Origin: Squalus acanthias
Taxonomy: Eukaryota
Length of the DNA: 64,000 bases
Assembly: GCA_030390025.1 (NCBI GenBank)
Contig: CM059430.1
Location: 32,736,001-32,800,000 of the forward strand
Direction: 5' to 3'
The position numbers were made by a program, and so were the translations under genes. The notes beneath the pieces were generated by a model. The model ran no database searches, was not told the origin of the DNA, and saw nothing but the letters and a program-made list of their open reading frames with translations. Shown here one piece after another: positions 51,603-63,175 of this stretch; within the stretch, counting starts at the first letter, position 1, and each line of letters starts with the position of its first letter.

Positions 51603-52397
51603 GGGGGAAAAATTCAGCTGCTTGCGCCTCCCGTTAGCGCCTTAAGAGGGCGCTAATGGGGCGTAAAGCAGCTAACGCCCGGGCGCAGCGCCGCCCACGC
51701 CTCCCGAAAAATTCAGCGGGAGGTTAGCGGCGGCGCCAGCCGGTAGCGCCCTGTGGCGCTGCGCCGCCGGCGATGACGTCATCGCCGTGCGCAGCACCCC
51801 GCTCGCGCTCCAGCCGCGATCTTCAGTCGCGCCCCCTGATTTACCGCCAGACGCTATGTCCGACGGGTTCAGGGAGGCGTACGTGCGGCCGGGGCGGCGA
51901 TATTTAAAGGGGAGGTGGCAGGCGGCCATTTTTGTTGCTGGCCGCCTGCCAGCACCTGCCCCCGTTGCTGTCCCCGGCCCCCGTGAAGCCCCCCCACAGT
52001 GAAGTGCCGGCTGCGCTCCAAGAGCCCGGCACTTCTCTTGAGTGCCGGGCTCTTTTGCCGGCACTCCCGATCCCTGGGGGCCCAGCTGGGCCCCGGTTCG
52101 CGCTGCGCAGGGTCCCTCCCCTTTAAGAAGGGGAGGAAGGCCTGCAATACCGCGGCGCGACGTGCCGCAGCGCGTGGCGCTGCGGCACGTAGCGCGTGGC
52201 GCTGCGGCACGTAGCGCCAGGATATTCCCTCGCAGCGCCCCAAGAGGGATGCGGGGTGCTTCCAGTGGCGCCCCGCTTCCCTCTTGGGGCGCAACCACTG
52301 AAGTTCTGGCGCGGGGCCACTAATTTTTTCGGGGCGCTAAAAGTAGCGCCCCGGCGAGGTTAGCGCCCCAAATGGGGCGCGACTCAATTTTTAGCCC
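51603..52397. mobile_element. GC/CpG-rich Harbinger-like MITE (795 bp)
   Basis: TIR GGGGGAAAAATT / AATTTTTAGCCC; 3-bp TSD AAA; host CR1 reads GAGAGAAA|GGATC across it. Confidence 0.85.
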
Positions 52398-52700
52398 AAA
52401 GGATCTTAGCTCTGAAAATCAAGAAGTAGAATCAGTTTGGGTGGAGCTAAGAAATAGCAAGGGGCAGAAAACATTGGTGGGAGTTGTTTATAGGCCCCCA
52501 AATAGTAATTGTAATGTAGAGTATAAATCAGGAAATTAGAGGCGCATGTAACAAGGGTAATACAGTAATCATGGGGGACTTTAATTTACATATAGACTGG
52601 GCAAACCAAATTTGCAGTAATAGTGTGGAGGACGAATTCATAGAATGTATGCAAGATAGTTTTCTAGATCAGTATGTTGAGGAACCAAGTAGGGAACAGG

Positions 52701-55700
52701 CCACATATCTTTCACAGCCACATATCTTTCCTCAGCAACTGTCTCCGGCTCCGACTTACTCCACGTGGATTCCAACTGAAATTCCACCCTTCGTGTTTTG
52801 GATCCACCCAGGACTACAGATATCTCCAAGATATTCAGCGTTCCTCGAACCACTGCTCTCGCCGTATCCTGAGATCCACGCTGAATGCCATGCAATGCCA
52901 CGTGAACACTCTCGACCTCTCTCTTCAGCAGCACCGACTCACTCTATCTCAAAGCTGTCCTGGTCCGCAGTTCCATTTCATCCTTCGCCTCATCCGGCGC
53001 TTTAACAAAAAACTTTATTTCTTCCTTTCAGGTGTCAAGGATCGCAAGATTCAACAACTCTTGGACACCAACGCCCCTCTGGAACCTTCTTCCCCTTCAC
53101 TTTCCTCTGGCCCTATCCCTTCTCCCAATCTCACCCACTGCTGCGTTTTCACTATCCCCTCTGACCTTCCCCTCTCTGACCCCGAACGATTAGTCCTTAG
53201 CAAAGGCCTGAGCTTCATCCCCTTACGCCTCCACCTCAATGAATTTCGAGCTCGGCATGATGCTGAGCTCTTTTTCCGCCTGCCTTCATCTCCGTGCCCA
53301 CTTCTTTGGCCAGGAGTCTTCCCCCCGCACAGCTGACCCTTTCTCCCGCTTTCAGAATTCTCGTTCTACCTGGACCCCTCCCTCTTGCCTCTGAACCTCT
53401 CTAGATCTTTTCATTGCAAACTGCCGGCGTGACATTGGCCGTCTCCGTTTCTCTGCTCCACTCACTCACTCCAACCTACCTCCCTCTGAACTTGCAGCAC
53501 TCCATTCTCTCAGATCCAACCCTAACATTGTCATTAAACCTGCTGACAAGGGTGGTGCTGTTGTTGTTTGGCGTACCGACCTCTACCTAGCGGAAACTGA
53601 ACGCCAACTCTCCGACACCTCCTCCTACCTCCGCCTGGACCATGACCCCACTACCGAACATCAAGCCACCGTTTCCAAGACTGTCACTGACCTCATCTCC
53701 TCTGGAGATCTTCCCCCCACGACTGCCAACCTCATAGTTCCCCAACCCCGCACAGCCAGCTTCTACCTCCTTCCCAAGATCCACAAACAGGACTGCCCTG
53801 GTAGACCCATCGTTTCAGCCTGTTCTTGCCTCACAGAACTTATCTCTTCCTATCTCGACTCTATTTTTTCTCCCCTTGTCCAGTCTCTTCCCACCTACAT
53901 CCGCTACTCTTCTGACGCCCTCCGCCACTTTAACAGTCTCCTGGCCCCAACAGCCTCCTTTTCACTATGGACGTACAATCCCTCTACATCTCCATCCCCC
54001 ACCAGATGGCCTGAGGGAGCTCCGCTTCTTCCTTGAACAGAGGCCCAACCAGTCCCCATCCACCACCACCCTCCTCCGCCTGGCTGAACTTGTTCTCACA
54101 TTGAACAACTTCTCCTTTGACTCCACTCACTTCCTCCAAATCAAAGGTGTTGCTATGGGAACCCGCATGGGTCCTAGCTATGCCTGCCTTTTCGTGGGAT
54201 ATGTGGAACATTCTCTGTTCCAGTCCTACTCAGGTCCCCTCCCTCACCTCTTTTTCTGGTACATTGATGACTGTATCGGTGCCGTTTCCTGCTCTCGCCC
54301 TGAACTAGATAATTTCATTCACTTTGCTTCCAATTTCCACCCTTCCCTCACCTTCACATGGTCCATCTCCGACTCTTCCCTTCCCTTCCTCGACTTCTCC
54401 GTCTCCAGCCCTGGGGATAGGTTATTGACAAACATTTACTACAAGCCCACTGACTCCCACAGCTACCTGGACTACACTTCCTCCCACCTCGCTTCCTGTA
54501 AGGACTCTATTCCATTCTCCCAGTTTCTCCGTCTCCGCCGCATCTGCTCTGATGATGCCACCTTCCATATCAGTGCTTCGACATATCTTCCTTTTTCCTC
54601 AACCGAGGATTCCCCTCTACTGTGGTTGACACGGCCCTTGACCGTGTCCGTTCTATCTCCCGCACTTCTGCCCTCACCCCTGCCCCTCCCTCCCTCCCGG
54701 AACCACAAGAGAGATCCCCTTGTCCTCACCTTTCACCCCACCAGCCTCCACATTCAATGAATCATCCTCCGCCATTTCCGCCACCTCCAGCGTGATACCA
54801 CCACCAAACACATCTTCCCCTCACCTCCCCTTTCAGCATTCCGAAGGGACCGCTCCCTCCGCGACACCCTGGTCCACTCCTCTATCACCCCCAACACCCC
54901 TTCCCCTTCGCCCGGCACCTTCCCGTGCAAGCGCAGGAGATGCAACACATGCCCTTATACCTCCCCCCTTCCCACTGCCCAGGGCCCCAAACACCCCTTC
55001 CAGGTGAAACAGCGATTTACTTGTACTTCTTGCAATTTAGTATACTGTATTCGCTGCTCACGATGCGGTCTCCTCCACATTGGGGAGACCAAACGTAGAT
55101 TGGGTGACCACTTTGCGGAACACCTCCGTTCAGTCCGTAAGGGGGACCCCGAGCTTCCGGTCGCCTGTCACTTTAATTCTCCGCTCCACTCCCACTCAGA
55201 TCTCACCCTCCTCGGTCTCTTGCATTGTTCCACTGAAGCTCAGCGTAAGCTCGAGGAACAGCGCCTCATCTTTCGATTAGGCACTTTACAACCTTCTGGA
55301 CTCAACATAGAGTTGACCAATTTCAGATCATAACCTCGGCCCCTATCATATATATATTTTTTATCCACACCTTTTGTTTGTGTCTTTTCTTCTCTCCCAC
55401 ATGGCAGCTGTCTTTCATTCTGCCAGCGCAATTTACACTTCATCTAGAGCCATCCTTTGTTTCTTAACCTGTCCCATTACCATCTCCTTTTGCCTTGAAT
55501 ATCTCTTAATGTCTCTTAACCTCTCCTGCCTTCTATCCTATCACTGACCTTCCCTTTTGTTCTTTCATCCCCTCCCCACTTTCCCAGCTCCTACACTTTC
55601 TTAAAAATCTGTTCCATTTCCTGCTTTTTTCAGATTCTGATGAAAGGTTATCGACCTGAAACGTTAACTCTGTTTCTCTCTTCACAGATGCTGCCTGACC

Positions 55701-55770
55701 TGCTGAGTATCTCCAGCATTTTCTGTTTTTATTTCAGATTTCCAGCATCTGCAGTATTTTCTTTTTGTAT
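52701..55770 (+). mobile_element. Penelope-like element (RT, Cys-rich linker, GIY-YIG; Neptune-like), frameshifted
   Basis: KPADKGG, GVAMGTRMGPSYA, YIDD, CKRRRCNTC, LVYCIRC...HIGET; 11-bp TSD TAGGGAACAGG (52690-52700, 55771-55781). Confidence 0.93.
55631..55672 (+). ncRNA. Minimal type I hammerhead ribozyme in the Penelope 3' repeat
   Basis: CAGATT-CTGATGA-A-AGGT-TATCG-ACCT-GAAA-CGTTA-ACTCTG: core, stem II, palindromic AACGTT, stem I. Confidence 0.75.
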
Positions 55771-56630
55771 TAGGGAACAGGTTACTTTAGATCTAGTATT
55801 GTGCAATGAGAAAGAGTTAATTAATTACCTTGTAGTAAAGGGGCCTTTAGGGAAGAGTGACCCTAATATGATAGAATTTTATATTGAGTTTGAAAGTGAT
55901 TTAGTTAAATCCGAAACTAGGGTCTTAAATCTAAACAAAGAAAACTACGTAGGTATGAGGGGCGAGATGGCTAAGGTAGATTGGGAAACTACATTAAAAG
56001 GTATGACGGTGGAGAAGCAATGGCTTGTATTTAAAGAATGAATACATAATTTACAACAAATATACATTCCCTTAAGGCACAAAAACCCCACAGGAAAAGT
56101 GGTCCAACTGTGGCTAACAAGAAAAGTTAAAGATAGTATTCGATCAAAGGAAGAGGCTTATAATGTTGCCAAAAAGAGTAGTAAGCCTGAGGATTGGGAG
56201 GATATTAGAATTCAGCAAAGGAGGACCAAGAAATTGATAAAGAAAGGGAAAATAGAATGAGAGTAAACTAGTGAGAGACATAAAAACAGACTGTAAAAGC
56301 TTCGAAAGGGATGTAAAAAGGAAAAGATTACCAAAAGTAAATGTGGGTTCCTTACAGGCTGAGACAGGAGGAAATTATTATTTTTTTAAAATTTATTTAT
56401 GGAAACTGGGCGTCGCTGGCAATGCCAGCATTTATTACCCATCCCTAGATGCCCTTGAGAAGGTGGTGGTGAGCCGCCTTCTTGAACCGCTGCAGTCCGT
56501 GTGGTGATGGTACTCCCACAGTGCTGTTAGAGAGGGAGTCCCAGGATTTTGAACCAGCGACGATGAAGGATCGGCGATATACTTCTAAGTCAGGATGGTG
56601 TGTGACTTGGAGGGGAACTTGGAGGTGGTG

Positions 56631-59280
56631 TTATTCCCATGTGCCTGCTGCCCTTGTCCTTCTAGGTAGAAGAGGTCGCGGGTTTGGGAGGTGCTGCCGA
56701 AGAAGCCTTGGCGAGTTGCTGCAGTGCATCTTGTAGATGGTACACACTGCAGCTACGGTACGCCGGTGGTGGAGGGAATGAATGTTTAAGGTGGTGGATG
56801 GGGTGTCAATCAAGCGGGCTGCTTTGTCCTGGATGGTGTCGAGCTTCTTGAGTGTTGTTGGAGCTGCACTCATCCAGGCAAGTAGAGAGTATTCCATCAC
56901 ACTCCTTACTTGTGCCTTGTAGATGGTGGAAAGGCTTTGGGGAGTCAGGAGGTGAGACACTCACCGCAGAATACCTAGTCTCTGACCTGCTCTTGTTGCC
57001 ACAGTGTTTATGTGGCTGGTCCAGTTAAGTTTCTGGTTAATGATGACGCCCAGGATGTTGATAGTGGGGGATTCGGCGATGTTCATGCCATTGAATGTCA
57101 AGGGGAGGTGGTTAGACTCTCGCTTGTTGGAGATAGTCATAGCCTGGCACTTCTGTGGCACGAATGTTACCTGCCACTTATCAGCCCAAGCCTGAACGTC
57201 GTCCAGGTCTTGCTGCATTTGGGCATGGACTGCTTCATTATCTGTGGAGTTGTGAATGGCGCTGAACACTGTGCAGTCATCAGCGAACATCCCCATTTCT
57301 GACCTTATGTTGGAGGGAAGGTGATTGATGAAGCAGTTGAAGATGGTTGGGCCTAGGACACTGACCTGAAGAACTCCTGCAGCGATGTCCTGGGGCTGTG
57401 ATGATTGACCTTCAACCACCACAACCATCTTCCTTTGTGCTAGGTATGACTCCAGCCAGTGGCGCGTTTTCCCCCTGATTCCCATTGACTTCAGTTTTAC
57501 TAGGGCTCCTTGATGACAGACTCGGTCAAATGCTGCCTTGATGTCAAGGGCAGTCACTCTCACCTCACCTCTGGAATTCAGCTCCTTTGTCCATGTTTGG
57601 ACCAAGGCTGTAATGAAGTCAGGAGCCGAGTGGTCTTGGCGGAATCCAAACTAGGCATCAGTGAGTAAGTGCCGCTTGATAGCACTGTCGATGACACCTT
57701 CCATCACTTTGCTGATGATTGAGAGTAGACTGATGGGGCGGTAATTGGCAGGGTTGAATTTGTCCTGCTTTCTGTGGACAGGACATACCTGGGCAGTTTT
57801 CCACATTGTTGGATAGATGCCAGTGTTGTAGCTGTACTGGAACAGCTTGGCTAGAGGCGCGGCTAGTTCTGGAGCACAAGTCTTTAGCACGATAGCCGGG
57901 ATGTTGTCGGGGCCCATAGCCTTTGCTATATCCAGTGTGCTCAGCCGTTTCTTGATATCACGTGGAGTGAATCGAATTGGCTGAAGACTGGCTTCTGTGA
58001 TGGTGGGGACCTCGGGAGTAGGCTGATATGGATCATCCACTCGTCACTTCTAGCTGAAGTTGGTCACGTGCTGGGCTCCACCATCATTGAGGATGGGGAT
58101 ATTCTTGGAGCCTCCTCCTCCTGTTAGTTGCTTAATGGTCCACCACCATTCACGACTGGATGTGGCAGGACTGCAGAGCTTTGATCTGATACGTTGATTG
58201 TGGGATCGCTTAGCCCTGTCTATTGCATGCTGCCTCCACTTTTTAGCATGCAGGTAGTCCTGTGTTGCAGCTTCCCCAGGTTGGCACCTCATTTTTAGGT
58301 ACGCCTGGTGCTGCTCTTCTACACTCGTTGTTGAACCAGGGTTGGTCCCCTGGCTTGATGGTAATGGTAGAGTGAGGGATATGCCGAGCCATGAGGTTAC
58401 AGATTATGGTGGAATACAATTCTGCTGCTGCCCCACAGCGCCTCATGGATGCCCAGTTTCAAGCTGCTAGATCTGTTCTGAATCTATCTCATTTAGCACG
58501 GTGGTAGTGCTACACAACACGATGGAGGGTGTTCTCAGTGTGAAGATGGGACTTCGTCTCCGCAATGACTGTGCGGTGGTCACTGCTACCAATGCAGTCA
58601 TGGACTGCATCTGCGATAGGTAGATTGGTGAGGACGAGGACAAGTAGGTTTTTCCCTCGTGTTGGTTCACTCATCACCTGTCGCAGGCCCAGACTCGCAG
58701 TTATGTCCTTCCGGTCTTGGCCAACTCGGTCAGTAGTGGTGCTACCGAGCCACTCTTGGTGATGGACATTGAAGTCCCCCACCCAGCGTACATTCTGTGC
58801 CCTTGCTACTCTCAGTGCTTCTTCCAAGTGTTGTTCAACATGGAGGAGTACTGATTCATCAGCTGAGGGAGGGCAGTAGGTGGTAATCAGCAGGAGGTTT
58901 CCTTGCCCATGCTTGACCTGAAGCCATGAGACTTCATGGGGTCCGGAGTCAATGTTGAGGACTCCCAGGGCCACTCCTCCCTGACTGTATACCACTGTGC
59001 CACCACCCCTGGTGGGTCTGTCCTGCCGGTGAGACAGGACATACCCAGGGATGGTGATGGAGGAGTTCAGGATATTAGCTGAAAGGTATGATTCTGTGAG
59101 TATGACTATGTCAGGCTGTTGCTTGACTAGTCTGTGGGACAGCTCTCCCAATTTTGGCACAAGTCCCCAGATGTTGGTGAGGATGACTTTGCAGGGTTGA
59201 TTGGGCTGGGTGTGCCGTTGCCAGTACCGAGGTCAATGCCGGGTGGTCCATCTGGTTTCATTCTTATTATTTTGTTTCAT
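56631..59280 (-). pseudogene. APE endonuclease-reverse transcriptase ORF of the tRNA-headed LINE
   Basis: In-frame ATG at 59280; LTNIWGL, LTES, GDFN, SSDH, NYRPISLL, DIKAAFD, FADD; a few stops and frameshifts. Confidence 0.9.
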
Positions 59281-59522
59281 AGCGGTTAGTTACAACTGAG
59301 TGACTTGCTAGGCCATTTCAGAGGGCAGTTAAGAGTCAACCACATTGCTGTGGGTCTGGAGTCACATATAGGCCAGACCAGGTAAGGACGGCAGATTTCT
59401 TCAGGACATTAGTGAACCAGATGGGTTTTTACGACAATCCAATAGTTTCACGTTACCATTACTGATACTAGCTTTTTTTATTCCAGATTTATTTAATTAA
59501 CTGAATTTAAATTGCCCAACTG

Positions 59523-59613
59523 CCTTGGTGGGATTTGAACTCACGTCTCTGGATCATAAGTCCAGGCCTCTGGATTACTAGCCCAGTGACATTACCACTA
59601 CGCTACCATTCCC
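59523..59613 (-). promoter_or_regulatory. tRNA-derived internal Pol III promoter
   Basis: A box TAGCGTAGTGG (59605-59595) starting at about +9; B box GTTCAAATC (59540-59532). Confidence 0.85.
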
Positions 59614-61195
59614 TTTTATAATAGGGAATAAGGAAATGGCAGAGAAATTAAACAAATACTTTGTGTCTGTCTTCGCGGAAGAAGACGCAAAAAACTTCCC
59701 GGAAATAGTGGAGAACCAAGGCTCTAGCAAGATTAAGGAACTGAAAGAAATTAGTATTAGTAAAAAAAATAGTACTGGAGAAATTAATGGGACTGAAAGC
59801 CAATAAATCCCCTGGACCTGATGGCCTACATCCTAGGGTTTTGAAAGAGGTGGCTATAGAGATAGTGGATGCATTGGTTGTCATTTTCCAAAATTCCATA
59901 GATTCTGGAACGGTTCCCATGGATTGGAAGGTAGCAAATGTAACCCCACTACTTAAGAAAGGAAGGAGAGAGAAAACGGGGAACTACAGACCAGTTAGCC
60001 TGACATCAATAGTCGGGAAAATGCTAGAATCTATTATTAAGGACGTGGTAACAGGGCACTTAGAAAATAATAATAGGATTGGGCAGAGTCAACACGGATT
60101 TATGAAAGGAAAATCGTGTTTGACAAATCTGTTAGAGTTTTTTGAGGTTGTAACTAGCAGAATAGATAAGGGGGAACCAGTGGATGTGGTGTATTTGGAT
60201 TTTCAGAAGGCATTCGATAAGGCGCCACACAAGAGGTTATTAAACAAAATTAGGGCTCATGGGATTGGAGCATGGATTGAGGATTGGCTAACGGACAGAA
60301 AACAGAGAGTAGGAATAAACGGGTCATTTTCAGGTTGGCAGGCTGTAACTAATGGGGTACCACAAGGATAAGAGCTTAAGCCTCAGCTATTCACAGTCTA
60401 CATCAATGATTTGGATGAGGGGACCAAATGTAATATATCCAAGTTTGCTGATGATACAAAGCTGGGTGGGAATGTAAGTTGTGAGGAGGATGCAAGGAGG
60501 CGTCAAGGGGATATAGACAGGCTAAGTGAGTGGGCAAGAACATGGCAAATGGAATATAATGTGGAGAAATGTAAAGTTACCACTTTGGTAGGAAAAATAG
60601 AAAAGCCGAGTATTTTTTAAATGGTGAGAGATTGGGAAATGTTGGTGTTCAGAGGGACCTGGGTGTCCTTGTACACGAATCACTGAAAGGTAACATGCAG
60701 GTACAGCAAGCAATTAGAAAAGCAAATGGTATGTTGGCCTTAATTACAAGAGGATTTGAGTATAAGAGTAAAGACGTCTTACTGCAGTTATATAGGGCCC
60801 TGGTGAGACCACACCTGGAGTATTGTGTACAGTTTTGGAGTTCTTTGAGGATGTAACAAGCAGGGCGGACAAGGGTGAACCAGTGGATGTAGTGTATTTG
60901 GATTTCCAGAAGGCATTCGATAAGGTGCCACATAAAAGGTTACTGCAAAAGATAAGAGCTCACAGAGCTGGGGTAATATATTAGCATGGATAGAGAATTG
61001 GCTAACTAACAGAAAGCAGAGAGTCGGGATAAATGGGTCATTTTCTGGTTGGCAAACAGGTGCCACAAGGATCGGTGCTGGGGCCCCAACTATTTACAAT
61101 CTACATTAATGACTTGGATGAAGGGATCGAGTGTAATGTAGCCAAGTTTGCGGATGATACAAAGATGGGTGGAAAAGCAAGTTGTGCAGAGGACT

Positions 61196-62879
61196 TGTAA
61201 GGTTTCCAAAATTTGCAGATCCCCAAAACCTAAGGAAAAAGGACTTTGGAACTACCTCAGAGTGATGAAAATGCATTTGGGCCTAACCTAAGGAATATAA
61301 GACCAAAAACCAAGTTTTGGCATTTTAAAAAACATGTCTGGGCCTATAAAGGGAGAAAAGGCTGTGAAAGAAGGTGGGTTCAACCTCTGTAAAAAGCAGT
61401 TTTGGTTATTGCAGTTAATTGCACTGTCTGGGGAACCGGGATGACCCTACTCAAGCCCCAGCAGGCAGTAACATTTTGACAATAGACCCTGGGAGAAGAC
61501 AGTCCCACACAAAATAACAGGCCCCATCAAACCGATTACAGGTCCCATCAGAAAACTTGCATAATACAAATCACTCAGGACCAGTCTATAGAAAAGACTG
61601 AGTCCAGCCTAGAAACCCAAAACACGAAACCAATCACCAGTGATCAGCCAAGGAGATCGACAGGATGCAAACCATCCCAAAACCCAGTTGACACTTACAG
61701 AGCAGTTACTGGTAACAGGCCCGCCAAAATTCAGACAATGAACTGAGTAGATTTGGCGGGTAGATAAGGCCATGTTCAATGGGTGAGATTGAAGGCCTGT
61801 TAAAAACCCAGTTAACGTGCTAGTAAGTCGTTACCGATTTACGAGCCCGCCAAAAACCAGACAATGAACTGAGTAGATTTGGCGGGTAGATAAGGCCACT
61901 TCAATTTAGTATAATTGAAGGCCCATCAAGCAGTTCAAGGTCAAGCAGTCGAGCAGTCAGTCGCAACCGGTGGTCATCAGAAGAAGAAGAAACCAGGAAG
62001 AAGAAAACCCGAGCTGGAAGCGAGTCGGCATCGCTCACCACTCAGACACACCTGAGTCCAGCTCGTGAAGATACCACCTCGACGGACCTCCAACAACGGT
62101 CCCAACACAGTCACCCGGAGCAACAAGCAGCAACAAGTCACCGACGGCTCCACGAGGTTGACCGACACACGAAACAAGGCCTAAAGCCATCGCGGAAACC
62201 AAAGGCCTCACGAAACCAACAACCGCGCATTACCCCCAACTGACCGGGTAATAGCAGGCCAGCGCGACCAACAAAGACCAACTCCAGGGAAGAAAACCCG
62301 AAGAACCGCAAAGTTTCCACTCTACAAACTACTCCTGACTTACCCCTGGGTAAGATTTTCCCCAAAGACTCTAAACCCTACTGCTAAACCAAAGAAATTG
62401 GGTACTCACCAGATAAATCCATAACGACATCCTACCGCATCAGCGAACTCGCAAAGACTGACCAGAGACTCAGGTGAAGTCCTCTACCGCGTACGGGGTA
62501 CGGCAGACACCAACCGCCATAAACAGCGAACCCCAAAACTGCGATTTAGCCGAACTGTCAAAGGATTGGTGAGCATTATCCCTGGTCCTTCAAAACCTAA
62601 CTTAGATAGTAAAGTGGGGTTGGGAGGGGTGAAGTATTGTTCTACTGTCATTTCCCTCGCTTGTACTGAAGTGTTCCCCACCTTTAGAGTGTTAAGAGTG
62701 TTATTATTTGTGTCTTACCTTTTTAATAAAGATTGAAGTTCTTTCATCAAACTCAGTTGTCTGCTGCACCTTTTATCACAACCCCCAAATAAGTCCAAGG
62801 TCTAGAACCAAGGGAGTGGGAGCGATTCGAACCGCTCAGAAGTCAGAGGTAAAGCTGACACAAACCACCACCCCCTACA
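61196..62879 (+). mobile_element. Solo LTR C (1684 bp)
   Basis: TGTAAGG...CCCTACA; 4-bp TSD GACT; homologous to LTR A. Confidence 0.9.
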
Positions 62880-63175
62880 GACTCAAATCTGCAAAGGGAT
62901 TTAGACAGGCTAGGTGAGTGGGCAAACATTTGGCAGATGGAGTATAATGTGGGAAAGTCCGAGGTTATCCACTTTGGCAGGAAAAATAAAAAAGCAAACT
63001 ATAATGGAGAGAGATTACAAAATGCTACAGTTCAGAGGGACCTGTGGGTCCTTGTGCATGAAACACAAAATGTTAGCATGCAGGTACAGCAAGTAATCAA
63101 AAAGGCAAATGGAATGTTGGCCATTATTTCAAGGGGGTTGGAGTATAAAAGCAGGGAAGTCCTGCTACAACTGTA

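Larger units (their letters stand above)
56379..59613 (-). mobile_element. tRNA-headed, ORF1-less LINE (CR1/L2 group EN-RT), 3.2 kb
   Basis: Single block inside host CR1 ORF2: tRNA-like head, about 250-nt leader, EN-RT ORF, 3' tail with A-run. Confidence 0.85.
49070..60838 (+). mobile_element. Near full-length CR1 LINE (5'UTR, ORF1, ORF2) hosting four nested insertions
   Basis: ORF2 pieces rejoin across inserts: LYLNA near 51370, GDFN at 52571, SDPN near 55856, RT at 59787-60838. Confidence 0.88.

Noticed and set aside
51672-52323. Overlapping ORFs up to 208 aa
   Set aside because: Artefact of high GC content inside a MITE; low-complexity Ala/Arg/Gly/Pro products.
54758-54760. In-frame TGA in the Penelope ORF as selenocysteine
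   Set aside because: More simply CGA-to-TGA decay; the copy has other frameshifts and I saw no SECIS.
59290-59470. Naming the leader as a Deu-, V- or CORE-SINE domain
   Set aside because: It does not match those domains as I recall them; left unassigned pending a database search.
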